Positions 1 to 15,000 of a DNA stretch of 64,000 bases are shown here, in pieces. The notes under the pieces are model-generated. The model saw only the letters and a program-made list of their open reading frames with translations. It made no database searches and was not told the DNA's origin. How positions within the stretch are numbered: position 1 is the stretch's first letter; each line of letters starts with the position of its first letter. The position numbers were made by a program, and so were the translations under genes. Origin of the DNA: Balanoglossus misakiensis (taxonomy: Eukaryota > Animalia > Hemichordata); contig CM082594.2 of assembly GCA_040954595.2 (NCBI GenBank), positions 9,304,296 to 9,368,295 of the forward strand, in the 5' to 3' direction.

Positions 1-3000
1 GGTTATAGCTCAGGAAATCATCCAAAAATGACAATTTTTCGACTTCCCGGCATTTCAAAATTTCATCGATTTTGACAAAAACCATGGGTTATAGCTCAGG
101 AAATCATCCAAAAATGACAATTTTTCGACTTCCCGGCATTTCAAAATTTCATCGATTTTTGACAAAAACCATGGGTTATAGCTCAGGAAATCATCCAAAA
201 ATGACAATTTTTCGACTTCCCGGCATTTCAAAATTTCATCGATTTTTGACAAAAACCATGGGTTATAGCTCAGGAAATCATCCAAAAATGACAATTTTTC
301 GACTTCCCGGCATTTCAAAATTTCATCGATTTTTGACAAAAACCATGGGTTATAGCTCAGGAAATCATCCAAAAATGACAATTTTTCGACTTCCCGGCAT
401 TTCAAAATTTCATCGATTTTTGACAAAAACCATGGGTTATAGCTCAGGAAATCATCCAAAAATGACAATTTTTCGACTTCCCGGCATTTCAAAATTTCAT
501 CGATTTTTGACAAAAACCATGGGTTATAGCTCAGGAAATCATCCAAAAATGACAATTTTTCGACTTCCCGGCATTTCAAAATTTCATCGATTTTTGACAA
601 AAACCATGGGTTATAGCTCAGGAAATCATCCAAAAATGACAATTTTTCGACTTCCCGGCATTTCAAAATTTCATCGATTTTTGACAAAAACCATGGGTTA
701 TAGCTCAGGAAATCATCCAAAAATGACAATTTTTCGACTTCCCGGCATTTCAAAATTTCATCGATTTTTGACAAAAACCATGGGTTATAGCTCAGGAAAT
801 CATCCAAAAATGACAATTTTTCGACTTCCCGGCATTTCAAAATTTCATCGATTTTTGACAAAAACCATGGGTTATAGCTCAGGAAATCATCCAAAAATGA
901 CAATTTTTCGACTTCCCGGCATTTCAAAATTTCATCGATTTTTGACAAAAACCATGGGTTATAGCTCAGGAAATCATCCAAAAATGACAATTTTTCGACT
1001 TCCCGGCATTTCAAAATTTCATCGATTTTTGACAAAAACCATGGGTTATAGCTCAGGAAATCATCCAAAAATGACAATTTTTCGACTTCCCGGCATTTCA
1101 AAATTTCATCGATTTTTGACAAAAACCATGGGTTATAGCTCAGGAAATCATCCAAAAATGACAATTTTTCGACTTCCCGGCATTTCAAAATTTCATCGAT
1201 TTTTGACAAAAACCATGGGTTATAGCTCAGGAAATCATCCAAAAATGACAATTTTTCGACTTCCCGGCATTTCAAAATTTCATCGATTTTTGACAAAAAC
1301 CATGGGTTATAGCTCAGGAAATCATCCAAAAATGACAATTTTTCGACTTCCCGGCATTTCAAAATTTCATCGATTTTTGACAAAAACCATGGGTTATAGC
1401 TCAGGAAATCATCCAAAAATGACAATTTTTCGACTTCCCGGCATTTCAAAATTTCATCGATTTTTGACAAAAACCATGGGTTATAGCTCAGGAAATCATC
1501 CAAAAATGACAATTTTTCGACTTCCCGGCATTTCAAAATTTCATCGATTTTTGACAAAAACCATGGGTTATAGCTCAGGAAATCATCCAAAAATGACAAT
1601 TTTTCGACTTCCCGGCATTTCAAAATTTCATCGATTTTTGACAAAAACCATGGGTTATAGCTCAGGAAATCATCCAAAAATGACAATTTTTCGACTTCCC
1701 GGCATTTCAAAATTTCATCGATTTTTGACAAAAACCATGGGTTATAGCTCAGGAAATCATCCAAAAATGACAATTTTTCGACTTCCCGGCATTTCAAAAT
1801 TTCATCGATTTTTGACAAAAACCATGGGTTATAGCTCAGGAAATCATCCAAAAATGACAATTTTTCGACTTCCCGGCATTTCAAAATTTCATCGATTTTT
1901 GACAAAAACCATGGGTTATAGCTCAGGAAATCATCCAAAAATGACAATTTTTCGACTTCCCGGCATTTCAAAATTTCATCGATTTTTGACAAAAACCATG
2001 GGTTATAGCTCAGGAAATCATCCAAAAATGACAATTTTTCGACTTCCCGGCATTTCAAAATTTCATCGATTTTTGACAAAAACCATGGGTTATAGCTCAG
2101 GAAATCATCCAAAAATGACAATTTTTCGACTTCCCGGCATTTCAAAATTTCATCGATTTTTGACAAAAACCATGGGTTATAGCTCAGGAAATCATCCAAA
2201 AATGACAATTTTTCGACTTCCCGGCATTTCAAAATTTCATCGATTTTTGACAAAAACCATGGGTTATAGCTCAGGAAATCATCCAAAAATGACAATTTTT
2301 CGACTTCCCGGCATTTCAAAATTTCATCGATTTTTGACAAAAACCATGGGTTATAGCTCAGGAAATCATCCAAAAATGACAATTTTTCGACTTCCCGGCT
2401 TTTCAAAATTTCATCGATTTTTGACAAAAACCATGGGTTATAGCTCAGGAAATCATCCAAAAATGACAATTTTTCGACTTCCCGGCTTTTCAAAATTTCA
2501 TCGATTTTTGACAAAAACCATGGGTTATAGCTCAGGAAATCATCCAAAAATGACAATTTTTCGACTTCCCGGCATTTCAAAATTTCATCGATTTTTGACA
2601 AAAACCATGGGTTATAGCTCAGGAAATCATCCAAAAATGACAATTTTTCGACTTCCCGGCATTTCAAAATTTCATCGATTTTTGACAAAAACCATGGGTT
2701 ATAGCTCAGGAAATCATCCAAAAATGACAATTTTTCGACTTCCCGGCATTTCAAAATTTCATCGATTTTTGACAAAAACCATGGGTTATAGCTCAGGAAA
2801 TCATCCAAAAATGACAATTTTTCGACTTCCCGGCATTTCAAAATTTCATCGATTTTTGACAAAAACCATGGGTTATAGCTCAGGAAATCATCCAAAAATG
2901 ACAATTTTTCGACTTCCCGGCATTTCAAAATTTCATCGATTTTTGACAAAAACCATGGGTTATAGCTCAGGAAATCATCCAAAAATGACAATTTTTCGAC

Positions 3001-6000
3001 TTCCCGGCATTTCAAAATTTCATCGATTTTTGACAAAAACCATGGGTTATAGCTCAGGAAATCATCCAAAAATGACAATTTTTCGACTTCCCGGCATTTC
3101 AAAATTTCATCGATTTTTGACAAAAACCATGGGTTATAGCTCAGGAAATCATCCAAAAATGACAATTTTTCGACTTCCCGGCATTTCAAAATTTCATCGA
3201 TTTTTGACAAAAACCATGGGTTATAGCTCAGGAAATCATCCAAAAATGACAATTTTTCGACTTCCCGGCATTTCAAAATTTCATCGATTTTTGACAAAAA
3301 CCATGGGTTATAGCTCAGGAAATCATCCAAAAATGACAATTTTTCGACTTCCCGGCATTTCAAAATTTCATCGATTTTTGACAAAAACCATGGGTTATAG
3401 CTCAGGAAATCATCCAAAAATGACAATTTTTCGACTTCCCGGCATTTCAAAATTTCATCGATTTTTGACAAAAACCATGGGTTATAGCTCAGGAAATCAT
3501 CCAAAAATGACAATTTTTCGACTTCCCGGCATTTCAAAATTTCATCGATTTTTGACAAAAACCATGGGTTATAGCTCAGGAAATCATCCAAAAATGACAA
3601 TTTTTCGACTTCCCGGCATTTCAAAATTTCATCGATTTTTGACAAAAACCATGGGTTATAGCTCAGGAAATCATCCAAAAATGACAATTTTTCGACTTCC
3701 CGGCATTTCAAAATTTCATCGATTTTTGACAAAAACCATGGGTTATAGCTCAGGAAATCATCCAAAAATGACAATTTTTCGACTTCCCGGCATTTCAAAA
3801 TTTCATCGATTTTTGACAAAAACCATGGGTTATAGCTCAGGAAATCATCCAAAAATGACAATTTTTCGACTTCCCGGCATTTCAAAATTTCATCGATTTT
3901 TGACAAAAACCATGGGTTATAGCTCAGGAAATCATCCAAAAATGACAATTTTTCGACTTCCCGGCATTTCAAAATTTCATCGATTTTTGACAAAAACCAT
4001 GGGTTATAGCTCAGGAAATCATCCAAAAATGACAATTTTTCGACTTCCCGGCATTTCAAATTTCTTCGATTTTGACAAAAACCATGGTTATAGCTCAGGA
4101 AATCATCCAAAAATGACAATTTTTCGACTTCCCGGCATTTCAAAATTTCATCGATTTTTGACAAAAACCATGGGTTATAGCTCAGGAAATCATCCAAAAA
4201 TGACAATTTTTCGACTTCCCGGCATTTCAAAATTTCATCGATTTTTGACAAAAACCATGGGTTATAGCTCAGGAAATCATCCAAAAATGACAATTTTTCG
4301 ACTTCCCGGCATTTCAAAATTTCATCGATTTTGACAAAAACCATGGGTTATAGCTCAGGAAATCATCCAAAAATGACAATTTTTCGACTTCCCGGCATTT
4401 CAAAATTTCATCGATTTTTGACAAAAACCATGGGTTATAGCTCAGGAAATCATCCAAAAATGACAATTTTTCGACTTCCCGGCATTTCAAAATTTCATCG
4501 ATTTTTGACAAAAACCATGGGTTATAGCTCAGGAAATCATCCAAAAATGACAATTTTTCGACTTCCCGGCATTTCAAAATTTCATCGATTTTTGACAAAA
4601 ACCATGGGTTATAGCTCAGGAAATCATCCAAAAATGACAATTTTTCGACTTCCCGGCATTTCAAAATTTCATCGATTTTTGACAAAAACCATGGGTTATA
4701 GCTCAGGAAATCATCCAAAAATGACAAATTTTCGACTTCCCGGCATTTCAAAATTTCATCGATTTTTGACAAAAACCATGGGTTATAGCTCAGGAAATCA
4801 TCCAAAAATGACAATTTTTCGACTTCCCGGCATTTCAAAATTTCATCGATTTTTGACAAAAACCATGGGTTATAGCTCAGGAAATCATCCAAAAATGACA
4901 ATTTTTCGACTTCCCGGCATTTCAAAATTTCATCGATTTTTGACAAAAACCATGGGTTATAGCTCAGGAAATCATCCAAAAATGACAATTTTTCGACTTC
5001 CCGGCATTTCAAAATTTCATCGATTTTTGACAAAAACCATGGGTTATAGCTCAGGAAATCATCCAAAAATGACAATTTTTCGACTTCCCGGCATTTCAAA
5101 ATTTCATCGATTTTTGACAAAAACCATGGGTTATAGCTCAGGAAATCATCCAAAAATGACAATTTTTCGACTTCCCGCAACTTCAAAATTTCATCGATTT
5201 TTGACAAAAATCATGGGTTATAGCCCATGAAATCATCCAAAATTGACAATTTTTCGAATTCCCGCAACTTCAAAATTTCATCGATTTTTGACAAAAATCA
5301 TGGGTTATAGCCCATGAAATCATCCATCCAAAAATGACAATTTTTCGACTTCCCCCGCAAACTTCAAACTTTCATCGATTTTTTGGACAAAATTCATGGG
5401 TTATAGCCATGAAATCATCCAAAAATACAATTTTTCGACTTCCCGCAACTTCAAAATTTCATCGATTTTGACAAAAATCATGGGTTATAGCCCATGAAAT
5501 CATCCAAAATGACAATTTTTCGACTTCCCGCAACTTCAAAATTTTCATCGATTTTTGACAAAAATCATGGGTTATAGCCCTTGAAATCATCCAAAAATGA
5601 CAATTTTTCGACTTCCCGGCATTTCAAAATTTCAATCGATTTTTGACAAAAACATGGGTTATAGCTCAGGAAATCATCCAAAAATGACAATTTTTCGACT
5701 TCCCGGCATTTCAAAATTTCATCGATTTTTGACAAAAACATGGGTTATAGCCCAGAAATCATCCAAAAATGACAATTTTTCGACTTCCCGCATTTCAAAA
5801 TTTCATCGATTTTTGACAAAAACCATGGGTATAGCTCAGGAAATCATCCAAAAATGACAATTTTTCGACTTCCCGGCATTTCAAATTTCATCGATTTTTG
5901 ACAAAAACCATGGGTTATAGCTCAGTAATCATCCAAAAATGACAATTTTTCGACTTCCCGGCATTTCAAAATTTCATCGATTTTTGACAAAAACCATGGG

Positions 6001-9000
6001 TTATAGCTCAGGAAATCATCCAAAAATGACAATTTTTCGACTTCCCGGCATTTCAAAATTTCATCGATTTTTGACAAAAACCATGGGTTATAGCTCAGGA
6101 AATCATCCAAAAATGACAATTTTCGACTTCCCGGCATTTCAAAATTTCATCGATTTTTGACAAAAACCATGGGTTATAGCTCAGGAAATCATCCAAAAAT
6201 GACAATTTTTTCGACTTCCCGGCATTTCAAAATTTCATCGATTTTTGACAAAAACCATGGGTTATAGCTCAGGAAATCATCCAAAAATGACAATTTTTCG
6301 ACTTCCCGGCATTTCAAAATTTCATCGATTTTTGACAAAAACCATGGGTTATAGCTCAGGAAATCATCCAAAAATGACAATTTTTCGACTTCCCGCAACT
6401 TCAAAATTTCATCGATTTTTGACAAAAACCATGGGTTATAGCTCAGGAAATCATCCAAAAATGACAATTTTTCGACTTCCCGCAACTTCAAAAATTTCAT
6501 CGATTTTGACAAAAATCATGGGTTATAGCCCATGAAATCATCCAAAAATGACAATTTTTCGACTTCCCGGCAACTTCAAAATTTCATCGATTTTTGACAA
6601 AAATCATGGGTTATAGCCCATGAAATCATCCAAAAATGACAATTTTTCGACTTCCCGCAACTTCAAAATTTCATCGATTTTTGACAAAAATCATGGGTTA
6701 TAGCCCATGAAATCATCCAAAAATTGACAATTTTTCGACTTCCCGCAACTTCAAAATTTCATCGATTTTTGACAAAAATCATGGGTTATAGCCCATGAAA
6801 TCATCCAAAAATGACAATTTTTCGACTTCCCGCAACTTCAAAATTTCATCGATTTTTGACTAAAATCATGGGTTATAGCCCATGAAATCATCCAAAAATG
6901 ACAATTTTTCGACTTCCCGCAACTTCAAAATTTCATCGATTTTTGACAAAAATCATGGGTTATAGCCCATGAAATCATCCAAAAATGACAATTTTTCGAC
7001 TTCCCGGCATTTCAAAATTTCATCGATTTTTGACAAAAACCATGGGTTATAGCTCAGGAAATCATCCAAAAATGACAATTTTTCGACTTCCCGCAACTTC
7101 AAAATTTCATCGATTTTTGACAAAAATCATGGGTTATAGCCCATGAAATCATCCAAAATTGACAATTTTTTCGAATTCCCGCAACTTCAAAATTTCATCG
7201 ATTTTTGACAAAAATCATGGGTTATAGCCCATGAAATCATCCAAAAATGACAATTTTTCGACTTCCCGCAACTTCAAAATTTCATCGATTTTTGACAAAA
7301 ATCATGGGTTATAGCCCATGAAATCATCCAAAAATGACAATTTTTCGACTTCCCGCAACTTCAAAATTTCATCGATTTTTGACAAAAATCATGGGTTATA
7401 GCCCATGAAATCATCCAAAAATGACAATTTTTCGACTTCCCGGCATTTCAAAATTTCATCGATTTTTGACAAAAACCATGGGTTATAGCTCAGGAAATCA
7501 TCCAAAAATGACAATTTTTTCGACTTCCCGGCATTTCAAAATTTCATCGATTTTTGACAAAAACCATGGGTTATAGCTCAGGAAATCATCCAAAAATGAC
7601 AAATTTTCGACTTCCCGGCATTTCAAAATTTCATCGATTTTTGACAAAAACCATGGGTTATAGCTCAGGAAATCATCCAAAAATGACAATTTTTCGACTT
7701 CCCGGCTTTTCAAAATTTCATCGATTTTTGACAAAAACCATGGGTTATAGCTCAGGAAATCATCCAAAAATGACAATTTTTCGACTTCCCGGCATTTCAA
7801 AATTTCATCGATTTTTGACAAAAACCATGGGTTATAGCTCAGGAAATCATCCAAAAATGACAATTTTTCGACTTCCCGCAACTTCAAAATTTCATCGATT
7901 TTTGACAAAAACCATGGGTTATAGCTCAGGAAATCATCCAAAAATGACAATTTTTCGACTTCCCGCAACTTCAAAATTTCATCGATTTTTGACAAAAACC
8001 ATGGGTTATAGCTCAGGAAATCATCCAAAAATGACAATTTTTCGACTTCCCGCAACTTCAAAATTTCATCGATTTTTGACAAAAATCATGGGTTATAGCC
8101 CATGAAATCATCCAAAAATGACAATTTTTCGACTTCCCGCAACTTCAAAATTTCATCGATTTTTGACAAAAATCATGGGTTTATAGCCCATGAAATCATC
8201 CAAAAATGACAATTTTTCGACTTCCCGCAACTTCAAAATTTCATCGATTTTTGACAAAAATCATGGGTTATAGCCCATGAAATCATCCAAAATTGACAAT
8301 TTTTCGACTTCCCGCAACTTCAAAATTTCATCGATTTTTGACAAAAATCATGGGTTATAGCCCATGAAATCATCCAAAAATGACAATTTTTCGACTTCCC
8401 GCAACTTCAAAATTTCATCGATTTTTGACAAAAATCATGGGTTATAGCCCATGAAATCATCCAAAAATGACAATTTTTCGACTTCCCGCAACTTCAAAAT
8501 TTCATCGATTTTTGACAAAAATCATGGGTTATAGCCCATGAAATCATCCAAAAATGACAATTTTTTTGACTTCCCGCAACTTCAAAATTTCATCGATTTT
8601 TGACAAAAATCATGGGTTATAGCCCATGAAATCATCCAAAAATGACAATTTTTCGACTTCCCGCAACTTCAAAATTTCATCGATTTTTGACAAAAATCAT
8701 GGGTTATAGCCCATGAAATCATCCAAAAATGACAATTTTTCGACTTCCCGCAACTTCAAAATTTCATCGATTTTTGACAAAAATCATGGGTTATAGCCCA
8801 TGAAATCATCCAAAAATGACAATTTTTCGACTTCCCGCAACTTCAAAATTTCATCGATATTTGACAAAAATCATGGGTTATAGCCCATGAAATCATCCAA
8901 AAATGACAATTTTTCGACTTCCCGCAACTTCAAAATTTCATCGATTTTTGACAAAAATCATGGGTTATAGCCCATGAAATCATCCAAAAATGACAATTTT

Positions 9001-12000
9001 TCGACTTCCCGCAACTTCAAAATTTCATCGATTTTTGACAAAAATCATGGGTTATAGCCCATGAAATCATCCAAAAATGACAATTTTTCGACTTCCCGCA
9101 ACTTCAAAATTTCATCGATTTTTGACAAAAATCATGGGTTATAGCCCATGAAATCATCCAAAAATGACAATTTTTCGACTTCCCGCAACTTCAAAATTTC
9201 ATCGATTTTTGACAAAAATCATGGGTTATAGCCCATGAAATCATCCAAAAATGACAATTTTTCGACTTCCGCAACTTCAAAATTTCATCGATTTTTGACA
9301 AAAATCATGGGTTATAGCCCATGAAATCATCCAAAAATGGCAATTTTTCGACTTCCCGCAACTTCAAAATTTCATCGATTTTTGACAAAAATCATGGGTT
9401 ATAGCCCATGAAATCATCCAAAAATGACAATTTTTCGACTTCCCGCAACTTCAAAATTTCATCGATTTTTGACAAAAATCATGGGTTATAGCCCATGAAA
9501 TCATCCAAAATGACAATTTTTCGACTTCACGCAACTTCAAAATTTCATCGATTTTTGACAAAAATCATGGGTTATAGCCCATGAAATCATCCAAAAATGA
9601 CAATTTTTCGACTTCCCGGCTTTTCAAAATTTCATCGATTTTGACAAAAATCAGGGGTTATAGCCCATGAAATCATCCAAAATTGACAATTTTTCGACCT
9701 CCCGCAACTTCAAAATTTCATCGATTTTTGACAAAAATCATGGGTTATAGCCCATGAAATCATCCAAAAATGACAATTTTTCGACTTCCCGCAACTTCAA
9801 AATTTCATCGATTTTTGACAAAAATCATGGGTTATAGCCCATGAAATCATCCAAAAATGACAATTTTTCGACTTCCCGCAACTTCAAAATTTCATCGATT
9901 TTTGACAAAAATCATGGGTTATAGCCCATGAAATCATCCAAAAATGACAATTTTTCGACTTCCCGCAACTTCAAAATTTCATCGATTTTTGACAAAAATC
10001 ATGGGTTATAGCCCATGAAATCATCCAAAATTGACAATTTTTCGACTTCCCGCAACTTCAAAATTTCATCGATTTTTGACAAAAATCATGGGTTATAGCC
10101 CATGAAATCATCCAAAAATGACAATTTTTCGACTTCCCGGCATTTCAAAATTTCATCGATTTTTGACAAAAACCATGGGTTATAGCTCAGGAAATCATCC
10201 AAAAATGACAATTTTTCGACTTCCCGGCATTTCAAAATTTCATCGATTTTTGACAAAAACCATGGGTTATAGCTCAGGAAATCATCCAAAAATGACAATT
10301 TTTCGACTTCCCGCAACTTCAAAATTTCATCGATTTTTGACAAAAACCATGGGTTATAGCTCAGGAAATCATCCAAAATTGACAATTTTTCGACTTCCCG
10401 CAACTTCAAAATTTCATCGATTTTTGACAAAAATCATGGGTTATAGCCCATGAAATCATCCAAAAATGACAATTTTTCGACTTCCCGCAACTTCAAAATT
10501 TCATCGATTTTTGACAAAAATCATGGGTTATAGCCCATGAAATCATCCAAAAATGACAATTTTTCGACTTCCCGCAACTTCAAAATTTCATCGATTTTTG
10601 ACAAAAATCATGGGTTATAGCCCATGAAATCATCCAAAATTGACAATTTTTCGACTTCCCGCAACTTCAAAATTTCATCGATTTTTGACAAAAATCATGG
10701 GTTATAGCCCATGAAATCATCCAAAAATGACAATTTTTCGACTTCCCGCAACTTCAAAATTTCATCGATTTTTGACAAAAATCATGGGTTATAGCCCATG
10801 AAATCATCCAAAAATGACAATTTTTCGACTTCCCGCAACTTCAAAATTTCATCGATTTTTGACAAAAATCATGGGTTATAGCCCATGAAATCATCCAAAA
10901 ATGACAATTTTTCGACTTCCCGCAACTTCAAAATTTCATCGATTTTTGACAAAAATCATGGGTTATAGCCCATGAAATCATCCAAAAATGACAATTTTTC
11001 GACTTCCCGCAACTTCAAAATTTCATCGATTTTTGACAAAAATCATGGGTTATAGCCCATGAAATCATCCAAAAATGACAATTTTTCGACTTCCCGCAAC
11101 TTCAAAATTTCATCGATTTTTGACAAAAATCATGGGTTATAGCCCATGAAATCATCCAAAAATGACAATTTTTCGACTTCCCGCAACTTCAAAATTTCAT
11201 CGATTTTTGACAAAAATCATGGGTTATAGCCCATGAAATCATCCAAAAATGACAATTTTTCGACTTCCCGCAACTTCAAAATTTCATCGATTTTTGACAA
11301 AAATCATGGGTTATAGCCCATGAAATCATCCAAAAATGACAATTTTTCGACTTCCCGCAACTTCAAAATTTCATCGATTTTTGACAAAAATCATGGGTTA
11401 TAGCCCATGAAATCATCCAAAAATGACAATTTTTCGACTTCCCGCAACTTCAAAATTTCATCGATTTTTGACAAAAATCATGGGTTATAGCCCATGAAAT
11501 CATCCAAAAATGACAATTTTTCGACTTCCCGCAACTTCAAAATTTCATCGATTTTTGACAAAAATCATGGGTTATAGCCCATGAAATCATCCAAAATTGA
11601 CAATTTTTCGACTTCCCGCAACTTCAAAATTTCATCGATTTTTGACAAAAATCATGGGTTATAGCCCATGAAATCATCCAAAAATGACAATTTTTCGACT
11701 TCCCGCAACTTCAAAATTTCATCGATTTTTGACTAAAATCATGGGTTATAGCCCATGAAATCATCCAAAAATGACAATTTTTCGACTTCCCGCAACTTCA
11801 AAATTTCATCGATTTTTGACAAAAATCATGGGTTATAGCCCATGAAATCATCCAAAAATGACAATTTTTCGACTTCCCGCAACTTCAAAATTTCATCGAT
11901 TTTTGACAAAAATCATGGGTTATAGCCCATGAAATCATCCAAAAATGACAATTTTTCGACTTCCCGCAACTTCAAAATTTCATCGATTTTTGACAAAAAT

Positions 12001-15000
12001 CATGGGTTATAGCCCATGAAATCATCCAAAAATGACAATTTTTCGACTTCCCGCAACTTCAAAATTTCATCGATTTTTGACAAAAATCATGGGTTATAGC
12101 CCATGAAATCATCCAAAAATGACAATTTTTCGACTTCCCGCAACTTCAAAATTTCATCGATTTTTGACAAAAATCATGGGTTATAGCCCATGAAATCATC
12201 CAAAAATGACAATTTTTCGACTTCCCGCAACTTCAAAATTTCATCGATTTTTGACAAAAATCATGGGTTATAGCCCATGAAATCATCCAAAAATGACAAT
12301 TTTTCGACTTCCCGCAACTTCAAAATTTCATCGATTTTTGACAAAAATCATGGGTTATAGCCCATGAAATCATCCAAAAATGACAATTTTTCGACTTCCC
12401 GCAACTTCAAAATTTCATCGATTTTTGACAAAAATCATGGGTTATAGCCCATGAAATCATCCAAAAATGACAATTTTTCGACTTCCCGCAACTTCAAAAT
12501 TTCATCGATTTTTGACAAAAATCATGGGTTATAGCCCATGAAATCATCCAAAAATGACAATTTTTCGACTTCCCGCAACTTCAAAATTTCATCGATTTTT
12601 GACAAAAATCATGGGTTATAGCCCATGAAATCATCCAAAAATGACAATTTTTCGACTTCCCGCAACTTCAAAATTTCATCGATTTTTGACAAAAATCATG
12701 GGTTATAGCCCATGAAATCATCCAAAAATGACAATTTTTCGACTTCCCGCAACTTCAAAATTTCATCGATTTTTGACAAAAATCATGGGTTATAGCCCAT
12801 GAAATCATCCAAAAATGACAATTTTTCGACTTCCCGCAACTTCAAAATTTCATCGATTTTTGACAAAAATCATGGGTTATAGCCCATGAAATCATCCAAA
12901 AATGACAATTTTTCGACTTCCCGCAACTTCAAAATTTCATCGATTTTTGACAAAAATCATGGGTTATAGCCCATGAAATCATCCAAAAATGACAATTTTT
13001 CGACTTCCCGCAACTTCAAAATTTCATCGATTTTTGACAAAAATCATGGGTTATAGCCCATGAAATCATCCAAAAATGACAATTTTTCGACTTCCCGCAA
13101 CTTCAAAATTTCATTGATTTTTGACAAAAATCATGGGTTATAGCCCATGAAATCATCCAAAAATGACAATTTTTCGACTTCCCGCAACTTCAAAATTTCA
13201 TCGATTTTTGACAAAATCATGGGTTATAGCCCATGAAATCATCCAAAAATGACAATTTTTCGACTTCCCGCAACTTCAAAATTTCATCGATTTTTGACAA
13301 AAATCATGGGTTATAGCCCATGAAATCATCCAAAAATGACAATTTTTCGACTTCCCGCAACTTCAAAATTTCATCGATTTTTGACAAAAATCATGGGTTA
13401 TAGCCCATGAAATCATCCAAAAATGACAATTTTTCGACTTCCCGCAACTTCAAAATTTCATCGATTTTTGACAAAAATCATGGGTTATAGCCCATGAAAT
13501 CATCCAAAAATGACAATTTTTCGACTTCCCGCAACTTCAAAATTTCATCGATTTTTGACAAAAATCATGGGTTATAGCCCATGAAATCATCCAAAAATGA
13601 CAATTTTTCGACTTCCCGCAACTTCAAAATTTCATCGATTTTTGACAAAAATCATGGGTTATAGCCCATGAAATCATCCAAAAATGACAATTTTTCGACT
13701 TCCCGCAACTTCAAAATTTCATCGATTTTTGACAAAAATCATGGGTTATAGCCCATGAAATCATCCAAAAATGACAATTTTTCGACTTCCCGCAACTTCA
13801 AAATTTCATCGATTTTTGACAAAAATCATGGGTTATAGCCCATGAAATCATCCAAAAATGACAATTTTTCGACTTCCCGCAACTTCAAAATTTCATCGAT
13901 TTTTGACAAAAATCATGGGTTATAGCCCATGAAATCATCCAAAAATGACAATTTTTCGACTTCCCGCAACTTCAAAATTTCATCGATTTTTGACAAAAAT
14001 CATGGGTTATAGCCCATGAAATCATCCAAAAATGACAATTTTTCGACTTCCCGCAACTTCAAAATTTCATCGATTTTTGACAAAAATCATGGGTTATAGC
14101 CCATGAAATCATCCAAAAATGACAATTTTTCGACTTCCCGCAACTTCAAAATTTCATCGATTTTTGACAAAAATCATGGGTTATAGCCCATGAAATCATC
14201 CAAAAATGACAATTTTTCGACTTCCCGCAACTTCAAAATTTCATCGATTTTTGACAAAAATCATGGGTTATAGCCCATGAAATCATCCAAAAATGACAAT
14301 TTTTCGACTTCCCGCAACTTCAAAATTTCATCGATTTTTGACAAAAATCATGGGTTATAGCCCATGAAATCATCCAAAAATGACAATTTTTCGACTTCCC
14401 GCAACTTCAAAATTTCATCGATTTTTGACAAAAATCATGGGTTATAGCCCATGAAATCATCCAAAAATGACAATTTTTCGACTTCCCGCAACTTCAAAAT
14501 TTCATCGATTTTTGACAAAAATCATGGGTTATAGCCCATGAAATCATCCAAAAATGACAATTTTTCGACTTCCCGCAACTTCAAAATTTCATCGATTTTT
14601 GACAAAAATCATGGGTTATAGCCCATGAAATCATCCAAAAATGACAATTTTTCGACTTCCCGCTACTTCAAAATTTCATCGATTTTTGACAAAAATCATG
14701 GACTATAGCCCATGAAATCATCCAAAAATGACAATTTTTCGACTTCCCGCTACTTCAAAATTTCATCGATTTTTGACAAAAATCATGGACTATAGCCCAT
14801 GAAATCATCCAAAAATGACAATTTTTCGACTTCCCGCTACTTCAAAATTTCATCGATTTTTGACAAAAATCATGGACTATAGCCCATGAAATCATCCAAA
14901 ATGACAATTTTTCGACTTCCCGCTACTTCAAAATTTCATCGATTTTTGACAAAAATCATGGACTATAGCCCATGAAATCATCCAAAAATGACAATTTTTC

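Noticed and set aside
55-10453. Long ORFs (up to 1429 aa) on both strands called as protein-coding genes
   Set aside because: They are translations of the 87-bp satellite: units are identical at synonymous sites, overlap antisense, lack unique termini, and close wherever type B appears.
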